Shown here: one piece after another, positions 37,939 through 50,902 of the stretch | How positions within the stretch are numbered: the first letter of the stretch is position 1 | Layout of the letters: each line of letters starts with the position of its first letter | NCBI RefSeq assembly: GCF_001194135.2 | Contig: NC_069001.1 | Location: forward strand, 20,198,650 to 20,262,649 | Direction of reading: 5' to 3' | Length of the DNA stretch: 64,000 bases | Origin: Octopus bimaculoides | Lineage: Eukaryota | Translations under genes and position numbers: made by a program | Notes under the pieces: model-generated | The model's input: the letters and a program-made list of their open reading frames with translations, nothing else | Told to the model about the DNA's origin: nothing | Database searches by the model: none

Positions 37939-38839
37939 TGTGGTCTGATCAATAAGTATCTGAACTGTTGCCATAGTAATGAAGCTAAAGCACGCAGAGT
38001 TAAGCCACTTGGCACAGATAGACCTTGAACTCTGCTGTGCATGCGCACTAAGTTTTGACATCCTAGCTCTCCTCCGCTGTTTACAGCAGTGGCTGGAAGG
38101 AAGGTATATAGCATGTGATCATCTCATTGACCATGACAGAGAAAGTTGAGCAGAGAATCTGCATCAAATTTTGCCAAAAGCTCAGAGGCCTACGCAAAGT
38201 TTGCAAAAAGATTTTATCGTTCTTGACACTATCAAGGAGATCTTGTGCAACTGAAACCCAAGTGTCTTTTTGGTCAGCTGAAATCTTCACTGATCTGCAC
38301 ATCCTCAGATAACTCGTGGATAGTGATTCGACATTTTCCCCTCACAGCTGCACGCACATCTGTGATGTTTTTCTCTATATAACTGAGCTTCACTCTGCAT
38401 GCTTTAGCTTCTTACTCTTATTTTATTTGTTTCAGTCATTTGACTGCGGCCATGCTGGAGCACTGCCTTTAGTCAAGCAAATCGGCCTTAGTACTTATTC
38501 TTTGTAAGCTTAGTACGTATTCTATTGGTCTCTTTTGCCAAACTGCTAAGTTACAGGGACATAAACACACCAGCATCGGTTGTCAAGTGATGTTGGGGGG
38601 ACAAACACATACACATATATTATTTATATATGCACAACAGGCTTCTTTCAGTTTCCATCTACCAAATTTCACACACAAGGCTTTGGTTGGCCTGAGGCTA
38701 TAGTAGAAGACACTTGCCCAAGTTGCCACAAAGTGGGACTGAACACAGAACCATGTGGTTGATAAGCAAGCTACTTACCACACAGCCACTCCTGCACCTC
38801 ACTATGGCAACAGTCCGGATACTTATTGATCAGACCTCG
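37939..38839 (+). mobile_element. Internally deleted mariner element with SINE inserted in its right TIR
   Basis: TA on both sides; outer 39-bp TIRs match 35/39; transposase start MTEKVEQRICIKFCQKL near 38130-38180. Confidence 0.85.
38413..38796 (-). mobile_element. SINE family A, full length
   Basis: Collinear with 16295-16705. Confidence 0.9.
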
Positions 38840-41084
38840 TATAAAATTGAGCTTTTAGTAGATTTTAGTAGGTAGATGATTGAATGATGTGTCTAGGATG
38901 GAAAATTTGTATTACAATAAATAGAGAATGGATAACAAAATTAGTTTCATACTGTTTTCTTAAATCAACCCTCTGAAATACTTCACAATTTCTTTTGTAT
39001 TTGTTATCCTACAGTATGGCAAGGTTAAAAGCAAGAAAACAAAACAAAACTATCAATTCTACAGTTTTTCTTTGTTGTACTTTGGAGAAATGTACATTGA
39101 TTCTTGCTCGTCACTCTGGCTAAACTCATCTTGATTGAATATCACTTTTAAGTATGGAATCAGTTCTTTCTTCTCTCTCCCCTCCTCCTCCTTTTTCCTC
39201 TCCCCTCTTCTTCCTCTCTCTCCAGTTTTGGTTAGATATACTTCTCTAATGCTAACTATTTCAGTGACCCTCCCAGGAGATGACTCTGGGAGTTACAAAC
39301 GTGAATCTCCCTATCTTGGTAAAGTAGCAAACACATAAGAATTGGAGATTGTTGCTAGCAGTTAATGTTATCAAATTTTAAGAGTCTCAAGCATATTCCC
39401 AATTTCCTCTGTGGTAATCTTTGACTAGTTCAGGCTTTGTCACATGTGACTGAAATAACGTTTCAAACAACAGGTACCTATCTCTCATGCTAGTGGAGTG
39501 ATGTGCTCTCCAGAAAATCTTGTCATAATATGGAGGGATGAAGATATCATTTGGCAAAAATATGTAAGAAGGTATAAAGTCTATTGTGCTAGTTGTAGGT
39601 TGTCAGTTCAAAGCAGCATTGTGGCAATAGTAGTAGATGTCAGTTGGTAGATAGCAGGTGATGACAGAAACAAGTCAATAGAATAGTGGGAGAAGTAGGC
39701 ACAGTGGTAAGAGGTGGGAATTGTAAAAAAAGTTTGCACAGTAAAAAATTAAAGCAACTTCATTGCATTTTTGATCTCTTGGTCTCTTGGATTGTTAGCT
39801 TCCTGTCAGGATCACACTGTTGCCGCATGTGTTGATGGAGCGCATTCTGTCCTTCAGCATGCCCTCAGGTTAATTTTGTCCACTTTCTTGTATACACCAT
39901 GACTTGCTTGCTACCACATCCAGAATCTCACACTTTTACACAAATGACACCACCCTTCATTCCACCCTACTATTCTTCAACCATGAATTATCCATTCACA
40001 ACCTAAACACTATATATGTGTGTATGTGTGTGTGTAATAGTTAAGGAAAGGAACAAAAACTTAAAGAAAAATACAAGATGGAAGGATAAGTTTTAACAAA
40101 TAATGTATTAGTTTAATGGTTAAATAGGAAGGGAAAGAGAAGCAGAGGGAGGAAGTGAAAGTGGGAAAGTGGTTGAGAAGAGGGAGGAAAAAGATCTCTG
40201 GGCAAAGGGTGATGGGCCAGGTGAGAATGCAGTCCTATGAGGGATGAATTAAGAAGGGAAGATTGGGTTTGGGGGGGGGGGTACCTATTGAAGTGTGTCC
40301 ATGTTTTAAGATAGCCATAAGGGCAGGGAGCTCTGTGTGTGTGTGTGTGTGTGTAGAGGTGTGCAAGTATGGGAGTATAACAGCAAGGGTTTGTAGGAGA
40401 ATTGGGTATTGGTGTGTGTGCATAATCATTATGTATGAGGAGCACATGGAAGGAGCTGGGAGTGGGTGCAAATGAGTTAAAAGAGAAAGTAATTGAAATG
40501 CTGGGAGGTAGAAGGGTTAGGGTTAGGGTTACGAGTGTGAGATATTATAATGTGGAAGAAAGTTATCAACAGCAGGGTACAATGGGGGTGTGCAAGAAAA
40601 AGAAACTTGTTCTGTGAGGGATGTGAAGCATGTGGAAGAGCAAGTAGAATGTGATAGAGGTGAATATAAAATGTATAAACAGAAGGGAGAATGAAAAGAA
40701 AGAAAATAGAAAAAGAAAAACAAAATGAGAAAAATTAATATACAATTTCAAGGGGGCGAATGAGAGAAAATTAATAAAAAACTTTGCAGGGAAATTGGGG
40801 GAAAAAATTATTACAATAAATCAATGATAAAAATTAAATAAATAACAATACTGTACTTGTGAAAAGTTCAGGAAAGTACACAACTGTTACAAGTCTGTAG
40901 AGATAGAAATGTCCATGTCATGGTGAGGAAGTGATAATTGAAAAACAGAAGGCAGCCAATTGATGGGGAAGCGTATGACACAGTTTTAAGGCATTTTTAA
41001 CAGACAAAAGAGGAAGTCTTACAACTTCTAAGATGCTGAGAATCCAAAGTTGGTGAAAGTAGTAAAGTCCATAGTGAGAGAAAA

Positions 41085-41238
41085 TCATCATCTTCCATGC
41101 TGGCATAGGTAGGACAGTTTGACAGGAGCTGGCAAACCAGAGAGTTGCACCAAGTCTATTTTGACGTGGTTTCTATGACTGAATGCCCTTCCTAACACCA
41201 ACCACTTTACTAGGTGCTTTTTTTTATGTGGCACCAGA
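41085..41238 (-). mobile_element. RTE 3' tail
   Basis: catcatcttccatgctggcat...ggtttctatgactgaatgcccttcctaacaccaaccac. Confidence 0.65.
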
Positions 41239-42057
41239 GAGTTAGAGAAAGATAGAAATACTGTCAGAGAACGAGAGACAGTGAGTGAGAGAGAAAGAGA
41301 GATGGGAAATACCATTATGAAGAAGGGATAAAGTGAGAGAAATAGAAGTGGCTCTGAAAGGAAGGTAGATCATAAAGTAGGTGGATGATGTGAAAGGTGT
41401 AGGAGAGGTGGGTGAGGGGGATGTAGAGGTACATAAAGGTAGCTATAGTGAGTGGGGTGTGATAGTAAATATGAAAGAATGTTGAAAATGATAACATTTA
41501 TGAGGGGTGTTAAGATAGGGTTTGACAGAGGAGAGGGAGGGATAACTGAAAGTACAGAAGGACACTGATCCGGGTAAAAATAGTGTGGGAAGGGATGAAA
41601 GCAGTTCCAAGGGTAGAGGAGGTAAAGGGTTATGCAAAGAATAGGTTTTTATTTCCAAGTTGTGCTTTCACACTCAGAATTTCATTTCTAATACACACAC
41701 GTGCACGCACACACACACACATATTTATTTATCTGTTTATATAGCATAGAATTTAAATTATACAAGTAACCAGTTTTTAAGCTTCCTTGTGTATTTCTAC
41801 ATGTCTGAAGGGAAACCATTAGGGGAACTCATTAGTGCACTTATTATTTTCTTGGAATTTGTCATTGGGTATGTCACAGAGTACTTATAGGAAACAAAAC
41901 AAAAGAGGAGAGATGGTTTATAAAATCTTACACCAGCTTATGAGTGTTTCATTAATAAAAAAAACAGTTAATAGTTATATAATGTAAATTATATTCAAAT
42001 AGCATTGTCAAATCTTCATACATGCATGCATATATATATATATATATATACAAATAT

Positions 42058-42570
42058 GTGTTAAAAGCAGCTTGAGGGCTTTAAACAATATTGAACACAC
42101 ATACACAAAGTTTATGTTTTGCTATTTTGTGGGTAGACTGCACTTAAAAGTGTAAGAAAATATATTCTCTTGAATGTGCCTGGTGTTAAAACACCTGGAA
42201 GTCATAGACGAGAAAGATAACTCACATCAAATCCCATTCAGGAGTGATGGGCATTGATGTTTCGTAATTTTTGTGACTTGTCAATATTGCATACCCGAAA
42301 TGAGGCCCAATGCAAGCGAAATCACTGTCTATGACTCTATGCAAAATGGTGTAAGAATCATCTGTTGGTATGTCCCAACATTTCATACCACAGAAAAAAG
42401 TTCAAATATGAGTTAAAAGCAGTTGGAGGTATATAAACAATATCAAACTCGCATACACAAGGTATATATTTTGCTAGTTCGTGGGTAGGTTGCACTTACA
42501 GGTGTAAAAGAATATATTCTCTTCAATGTGCCTGGTCTTAAAACAGTAGACAAGCAAGATAACTTGAATT
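42058..42570 (+). repeat. Diverged direct repeat pair (about 42058-42230 and 42410-42570)
   Basis: Both units share gttaaaagcag..taaacaatat..catacacaa..ttttgcta..gtgggtag..tgcactta..aatatattctctt.aatgtgcctggt.ttaaaaca..agataact. Confidence 0.75.
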
Positions 42571-42659
42571 TGAGCTTTGGCGAGGAAGAACTGATGTCAT
42601 CAGACGGTATCCAACATTCATCAGATATTTTGACCCTGAACCATATCACTCTTCTGATG
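42502..42659 (+). CDS. Candidate exon, phase 1 to phase 0
   Basis: cttacAG| acceptor, open frame (G)VKEYILFNVPGLKTVDKQDNLNLSFGEEELMSSDGIQHSSDILTLNHITLLM, G|GTAGGT donor; phases would bridge the two firm exons; polypyrimidine tract weak. Confidence 0.25.
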
Positions 42660-42825
42660 GTAGGTCAGCAGAGGCAGCCAAATCACTACTCACCTCCTCC
42701 TGGCTTCCAGCTATATATAAATTGCACATCCTTTTTGAAGAAGCTATAGGGCGGATACACAAGTATTTAATTTTATAAATATATATATATATATATATAT
42801 ATAAAGATAGATAGATAGATAGATA

Positions 42826-43033
42826 TGTTTCTTTATTGGCCACACACGGCTGAACACAGAGGAGACAAAATACAAAGTAGAGCTTTTCTTTTTGGGAAGG
42901 GAAGAAAAAAAAGTTGATGAGAGATTCACCAGAGAGGAAAGTGTTTGTCTCTAGACCTTTCAGACACATCCACCATACACAATCTTTCACTATAGCCACA
43001 AGTACAATGTAAATGGCTCTTCCTTCCCATTTC
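42826..43033 (-). mobile_element. L1-Tx1-like LINE 3' fragment between (GATA)n runs
   Basis: KWEGRAIYIVLVAIVKDCVWWMCLKGLETNTFLSGESLINFF resembles a Tx1-type ORF2 C-terminus; 3'UTR with AATAAA then (TCTA)n. Confidence 0.5.
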
Positions 43034-43059
43034 AAAGATAGAAAGATAGATTGATAGAG

Positions 43060-43090
<31 letters not shown>

Positions 43091-43529
43091 TAGAAAGAAA
43101 AAATCTGCCTCAACAAATTCTGACCTATTCAAGCATAGAAGTGAATATTAAATTGATGCTGCTGATGGTGATACACTTGTACACATTCACACACTAACAC
43201 ATATATATAGTACATATCATTCATTTGTTCACTCATTTCTATGTCCATTTTTCAATGCTAGCAGGGTTTAGATGAATGTGTAATTAACTGAGTCATTGTT
43301 TTACAATCTGTTGCTCTTCCCCTTATCTGCTCTTAAGTGTATTTCAAATAAGGGATCTTTTATGCCACACTGTTTCAAAGGCAAGGAGCAACTGGATGAT
43401 TTCTTAACAGGAAAACTCACATCATTAATTGTGGAGTGCAACTGTCATAGAAGCAAATGCAGGTGTAAATAAACGCACATAGGTTCACACACACTTGCAT
43501 GCATGCATGTATGTGTATGTATGTATGTG

Positions 43530-43568
<39 letters not shown>

Positions 43569-43579
43569 GGAGAGAGTGG

Positions 43580-44021
43580 GGGAGAATTCCATAATAAATG
43601 TTAATATAGACTTAAGACTGTAAATGTGATAACCAAAATACCCCATAGATATAGTTTATAAATAGTATTCTTATTACAACAATGTTGTTTGTTACTTCTG
43701 AAAGTATTGATAGAGTTTGGATATGCACCATATATGGTCCCTTATTTTGTAAATAACAATATCGATTAGTTCATCGAGAACTGTACTTGTTGCTTGTTTG
43801 GTTTGTATTGATGATTTCTGTCGATTCACTAAATTCTCCCTTCCATGGTGTGCGAATAACGATCATTATTTAAGTAACTTTGAATCTGGTTACCCCTAAA
43901 AAATTAGTAAATTTGATTTCCATTACTATAGCCTAAAAAAAAATATATATATCTATGGGGTATTTTGGTTATCACATTTACAGTCTTAAGTCTATATTAA
44001 CACTTAGTACGGAATTCTCCC
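43580..44021. repeat. Fold-back element: 74-bp inverted arms around a 294-bp spacer
   Basis: 43580-43653 and the reverse complement of 43948-44021 match 71/74. Confidence 0.9.
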
Positions 44022-45029
44022 TACAATAAATTAAGTAAACAAAGAAAAAATTTTCATTAGGTTTCTATTCATATCTCCTATGGAATTATCCCTCCGAGAA
44101 AATAAATATAGAAGATTATTATTAATTAATTTAAGCAACAATTTTTTTATATCAATTGATTTAAATAAATAAAAAAGTTGTATTGAAGATGTTATTGTTT
44201 ATATATTTTTTGTTGCAGAAGACATAGATACTTAATTATATACATTTATATACTCACTTATCTTATCGTTGTATGTTGTGGTGACAAGCGACTATCTTGG
44301 ACATGATAGGGTTTCAATTGGTATGTGCTTGAGATATAATGAAGAGAATTTCTCAATGGTTGTGGATTGCACTTACTTAGTTGTATCGTCCATTAAAGTG
44401 TTTTTGTTGTTTTTTAACTGTAATTGATGCATGATTGAATAGTTAACACTCACGCTCATAATACATAGACATTTGAATTAATTTTTACAATTCAGCCATC
44501 CTTTCACACAGAATTTTGCCTTTTTCTAAACCATGACTGTAAAGTGACTTTATATAGAAGGAAACTGTGATTATGTGTCTCAGAAAATACATATATTAGT
44601 CAAAACAATTTGTTGGCCTCTTATGGTTTTTATAATTATTTATGTTATATTATATTCATAGCATTTAATGTAATATTGTAATATAAATAAATTATCGGAT
44701 TGTTAATAGTATATCTCTATATTTAATTTATCTTTATAATTGAATTATACCAATATTTATATGGCATCCAACTGATGTACCAGTGAATTGGATGTTTAAC
44801 ACACCCCTTTGAAGGATTTCTTTTCCTCAATTTGTTACTATATATATATACAGGCACAGGTGTAGCTGTGTGTTTCAGAAGTTTGCTTTCCAGCCACTTG
44901 GCAGTCCAGATTGAGTAGCATAGGGAAAGACAGAAAGTTGCTTTTGTATTTTCCAAGATTAGCCTTAGCTTAATTATCCTATTATACACACTGACTTCTT
45001 CGATCACTTTATCTACCTATAGTTATTTA

Positions 45030-45300
45030 CCGTTAAAGAGTCTAGCTGAGGCTCCCCTCCATTTTACCTCTTGCATGGAACACATCTACATGCCTCCATT
45101 CTAGCATTTCACTAATTTCACCAGACTACCTTTCATTGTTCCTACATTGGCCGTGGCTGTTCTAAAATTGCAATCTTCATATGATGACCAAGGAGCTGAG
45201 CGACACTTTCCAGCATCTGAAAAGGTTTGTGGGAATGGTTGCTCACAGGCAGACTGCATTTGCACATTATCAGATGGACAATTATTAATATCATCACTCA
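45030..45300 (-). mobile_element. RTE LINE 5' fragment (APE endonuclease start)
   Basis: FRTATANVGTMKG...LEWRHVDV..QEVKWRGASARL with frameshifts. Confidence 0.6.
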
Positions 45301-46727
45301 ATTAAACCACCATTTCCCCAGATCTTTAAACATTTGGAGCTAAGTAAATAAATATACAAATATGTGTGTGTGTCTGTGTATATATAAAAGACACACAACC
45401 ATTTGTAAGCACTTGCACAAACATACACATATGAAAACTGTGTCTGTATATAAATGTGTGTGTGTGTGTGTATACATGGATGTGTTTGTGTATATATAGT
45501 ATGCATAGTATGTGTGTATAATGTATATGTCTGTGTATGACTGCCTGTGTAATACAACAATGCAAAATATTTTAAATCTGTGACAACCAATTTGATTATA
45601 GGCATGACTTCAGATAGAAATGAAACAATTCAACTTTAGCCACCAAATAAAATGATATGCAATTCAGAATGATTAAATTGAAAGTAATGCTCCCCTAACT
45701 CAAGCATTATAAAATTAGCATGTCTATTTTTATTTATCTTTTATTTGTTGCTAATCATCAAAATTCCAGAAACATACAATCCATCTGGATATGTTTTGAA
45801 CAAATATGAACAACAATGCAAAATATTTTAAGCCTGTGACATTACACATCTAAATTCTCCCAATTATGCATAAATCGATACCCCGATGAATTGGCTATCA
45901 TGCTGTTTTAGTTCTTTTTTTTACCACCCACATCCTAACACCATATTTAGTGCCAGAAAGTAAGGAAGAGACATAGTAGCTTTCTATATTGGAAAGTTGG
46001 TTAGGCATCTATTGGGGCCTATCTTATTTTTATCAATAAGTTATCAATACATATCCAACAAGAGCAACATCAAAAGCAAACAGCATGAGCAAGCTGATTC
46101 TTAAATTAACAACAACAACAACAAAGTTCTTTGAGTGTTGCATAGAATGTCTCGAAATGTTTGCATCAACTCTTTTAGCTCAGATTCTACCATGGTGAAA
46201 TCTGCTTTCTATTCTTTCGAAGTTAATTTTTAAAAAAAATACTTCTAATCCAGGATTTTGGATTAGTGGAGTTGTTAGAAAGCAGAGGGGATACCTTGTT
46301 ATCTGTGCATTCTGAATTCAAATGTCTCTCTGTCACTAATGAAACAGTGACACTTCTTTAAGGAATTACTACCAAATTATCAGCAGTCTGGAAAACTACT
46401 GAAAACAGTTTCCTTAGTTTGGCAGAAAGTTCAACTGCCACCATTACATATTTATGTGATATGCATATATATTGTGTGTGTGTGTGTGTGTGTGTGTGTG
46501 ATATTTATTAAAGCTGAAACTTTGGGTTTACTGTTAATTCCTCTTTCGTATTTGGAGGTAGTTATGAATTTATTAATGAACTTATTCATTACAGAACTTT
46601 TTTTAAAAAGTCCATTGACTTTTCTTCTATCATTTAAAAGTGTAAATCTATCTGATTGTATATAAAACCTTTCAGCAGGACACACTAGAAGTAGTTAAAG
46701 ATATATGCAAAATATTAAACAGCAATT

Positions 46728-46945
46728 CATCATCATCAGTATCATTGTCATCATGTAATGTTTTTGTTCTATGTTGGCATGGGTTGGCTTGTTTGATAGG
46801 ATCTAATATGGACAAGGACTGCATCATGCTCCACTGTTTACTTTGGCATGGTTTCTACAGCTGGTTCCCTCCCTAATACCAACCACTTTACAGAATGCTC
46901 TGGGTGTCTTTTGAGGGGTTTTTTGTGACACCAGCACTAGTGCAA
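46728..46945 (-). mobile_element. RTE 3' tail
   Basis: (CAT)n, ggcatgggttgg, ggcatggtttctacagctgg, ctaataccaaccactttacagaatg. Confidence 0.6.
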
Positions 46946-46984
46946 CTTAATGTTAAATGAGGGGGTAAAGTATGAGAGAAGGGG

Positions 46985-47700
46985 GTCAGAGCAGAACAGG
47001 GTTTCTTGCTATGGAGGGGCCACATGGGTACTCACATTCTGGAAGAGAAGGTGAGGGAGAAGCAATCGGAATGAAGCAGGGAAGAGATAAAAATAGCAGT
47101 GATGAGATGGATGAAGTGTCTGTGTGGAGTAGCATGGGATGAGGTGAGTCGAAGTAAATGAGCATAAAAGAACCAGCTGTGAGGCTGGGTTGAGTAGCAT
47201 GAGTGTATCAGAGAGTGAGAGATGGGCAGTGAGTAAGACAAGGAATATAATGAATGAAGAACATGTGTTAAGTGGATGATAAGTTGGTGAGCTAGGGAAG
47301 AGTGGGTGACAACTGTAGAGATTGGGTAGGATTGAGTGGAGGATGTAGTGAATGGTTGATAAGGGGCTGGGTTTGAAGAGTAGCAGAATAGTAATGATGA
47401 TACATTAGACAGGATTAAAACAAGAGATGACAAGTGATTGAATAGTTTGCTTGAGTTGAGGAAGAGAGGCTGGCATATAGCATAGGGAGGGTGAGAGATA
47501 TATGGTGGTGGAGAAGGTGAGATGATTGGTGGCACAGGGGAATCAATGTAAAATGTGGGTGGAGAGGATAGTATTAAGGATGAAGGATGGATATCAAGTG
47601 GAATGGTTCCCAGTAATGAGAAAGATTAGTGTTATCAAAAAATAAATAAATAAAGATGAAGGGTAATGGGGATATCATAGGAGGAAATAGGACATAGAGC
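46985..47700 (-). mobile_element. Purine-rich decayed Penelope-like fragment
   Basis: Composition and scattered motifs mirror 8690-10150; similar tracts at 26950-27400, 40100-40660, 41300-41660 and 48760-49050. Confidence 0.35.
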
Positions 47701-50700
47701 CCAGTTATGCAGGGTTTCTAGACTTTGGTCTCCAGTCATTCTGGTCCTGAGACCAGGCTTCATGTGTAAAGCATGCTGACAGTATTCAGATTTGAAGATT
47801 ACTCACAAACTATGAATATATTATGTCCAGAAGCAATGTAAATTTTGATAAAAGGAGAATATGACATAATACTTGGTTAACTGAATGTCAGTTTATATAC
47901 CATTTAAAATTGCTTAGATTTGTTGTGGCAGAAAGAAATTCAGAATTCCTGATAAGAATATTCTTAATATGGAAGAGGATAGCACTTTTTCTAGGATGTA
48001 TATTTCGCAAATGCTACATGTTTGTTTTTGCTATTCAGATCAGTTCAGAATATGACATGTAATGTTAAAATCCAATTGTTTGCTTTTCAAGAATGAATTT
48101 ACTGCAAGACTCATGTGTTCTTTAACAACTGAATTATGGTGATTGTCACTATGGCTCATATATATATTTACCATCCAATAGACATATCACGCATTTGTCT
48201 AGGATTTATAGTCATTGAAGTTGTGTTTCTTATTGTTGATGTTAAACAATGATGCTGGAAAATTATTTGTAGTAGAATAGCTAATTTTAATCAAATTACT
48301 ATTAAAAATACTTTTGAACATACATTCACAAGAAAAATGATTGGATAGAAGTTTTTTAAAATGTTTTGTAATTCTAGAATGAGCATCAAGTTTATAAGCA
48401 GAATTGTACCCTGATATCTTTCATGTTCTATTTTTTTTGTGTGCATGGGTGTTATTGTAACTATTTCTTGTATAATAACTTTTTTCTTTGAAACTCTAAA
48501 TCTGTTTGCTATTCAAATTTTGTTGGGTTAAAACCTTACCACCAGAGCACAGGCTATCAGAATTTAACATGAAGTTAATATGGGATTAAAAACCCTTAGG
48601 TGTTATTGCTGACTCCTTGCAACTCATATTCATATCAAGCTTTACTATATTATTTTCCTTTACCCAGGAATTATTGTGAAAAAATATGGTAGATGTTCTC
48701 TCAAGCATCTATATGATAATCTGCTTGTTCATTCACTCGTTATACGTTAGTTAGTTAGAGAGGTAGAGTAAGTGTGAGAGAGAAGAGGAGTGAAGAAAGA
48801 AGAAAGGTAGAAGTAGAGAAAGGTGATTAATATTAATACACTTAGGCCAAATGGTCACATGGTCAGCTAAAGGTAGAGATGAAGAACAAGAGAAAAAGAC
48901 GAGAAAAAAGAGTGGGCGGGGTGGGGAAGGAATACTTATTACGTGGTTAAAAAGTTAGCTGAAGGGAAAGGTAGACAGAGAGAGATGGACAGGTGAGGTA
49001 GTTATATTGAGAGAGAGAGAGAGAGAGAGAGAGAGCGGTGGTGGTGGTTGTGTGTTGATATTGAAATGTATTTTTTGTATTGGACTAATTTTTTTTATAG
49101 TGATCATTGCATATGCATAAGTGCAATTATTCATCGTCTGCTCACTTAAAAATTGACATTTGTTTGTAAGGGGTAATCTAGCCTAAACTCTGGATTCACT
49201 AGAAACGCAATTGCAAGCTGCCCAAGAAAGGATGCACAGATATAGAGCACAGAACAGAGAGAAGACATAATAACAAAAAGAGAAAAAAGACAACACTGAT
49301 GGAATCATGAGGAAATGAATGTAGACAAACATCAAGAATATTTAAAGAAAGCTAAATTATGAATGCTATAAAAATGCAAATCCTCTGTTCTTTCTTAAAT
49401 AAGTCCTCTTAATTTTTTCCATCTCGTGGAATTTACACAAGTCCTACTAGTAATACTAATTTTTGCTATCAAATATACTAGTTATTGTATAATTTCCTGT
49501 AAAATCTCATTATTTTGGAGTAAAAGTTTAATGATAATTGAGCCAATTTATAACAAAAATGTTGACCTATAAAGATTAAAAAGATTATTATACGTATAAG
49601 GCTTTTTACTAACAATTTCTGATTCTGTTATAGCAGAGTTAATAAATACAATCGATTGGTTTTGTTAAAATATTAAGTTTTATGTTCTTTAAAAGTAATT
49701 TTGACTCTACAATTGGAAGAAAAGGGAACTCCATATGTTGTGTAAAGCAGGCATATGTTTTCTGTGTAGGCAAAGTAAGCTGTGCTTTCCCAGACTAAAA
49801 TTATACATATCAATTATTAAATATAAAAAGTAAATAATTCTCAGTTTATTATTTAATACATGAAATTCACTGTAAATGGCTACTATTTTGATTTAAAACA
49901 AATACAATGTAAGCTGTTTAATATTAATTCTAGGCCTGAATCTCATTGTTATTGTTTTGTCCCATGTCAGATTAGTTCAACGTCAAGGATATAAGACTTA
50001 GTATAAGTGAAGAGAGAAGATATGAGTGTATCACAAGATATGCAACTAATTAATTCAAAGGAGTACAGAATATTGTAGTAGCAATCATGTAATCAGAAAA
50101 AGAAAGCACTATGTCTATGAGCTAAAAGATTGCAGTGCCTTGGTGTATGAGCCAATGAATTTGATGGGTTTTCTTTTGGATGTAGTATGAGATGTTTGTA
50201 TATAGTGATGCAGCTCTGTCTCAGAGGTGGCTTGACTGCATGTGGAAGATGCCTGTATCATCTATGTATCAGTGCGTTTTGTGAGAAGTGGGTCATTAAT
50301 GTACAGAGTGCTGAGTGAAAATTTTTATGTATATGATGTTTTTACAGAAATCATATTAATATCAAATGGTGTACATTTGTATTATTATCTGGTATGGGAA
50401 CTGGGATACACTTGTATGGAGACTTGGGATTTCTTTGTAATTCAAAATAAAACATTGATCAGCAGATGTGTAATTTATTTTCATTTTGAATTATATAATT
50501 TTCAAATATATAGTTATGTATATGCACACAGTTGTTGAAGATAAACTTCATTTATTCATGCAGTCTCTTATTAATGAATTTTACATTGGTCCATTTATAT
50601 TTTGCAATTGCCTGTTGGGTTTGTATGTGTATTTAATACCCTGATAAGCCGCTTAGAGGATTATATTGTGGATTGAGATGCAGTAGTTTAGTGTTGTGAT

Positions 50701-50853
50701 CTAATGGGCTTAATATACATCATCTTTAACTTTTTGTCTTTTTAAACTTGGCATTTTTGAAAAGACAAATGTGTTGCAAGGATATGGGAGTAATCAGATT
50801 GAATAAATCATTTTAATGTATTATTGGAAATAGAGTTGCGTCAGTCATTTCAG

Positions 50854-50902
50854 ATTTACTGGGTAACAACAATACTGATGACTCTAGGGCTTTTTTACTA
50901 TG
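50854..50902 (+). CDS. Candidate 49-nt exon
   Basis: gtcatttcAG| acceptor and perfect TG|GTGAGT donor; two open frames, (D)LLGNNNTDDSRAFLL or IYWVTTILMTLGLFYY. Confidence 0.3.

Noticed and set aside
39474-39870. Open AG...GT segments at 39474-39563 and about 39799-39869
   Set aside because: Weak acceptors, unremarkable peptides and TE-rich surroundings.
40514-40531. (GGGTTA)3 telomere-like repeat
   Set aside because: Only three units within a purine-rich TE relic; expected by chance.
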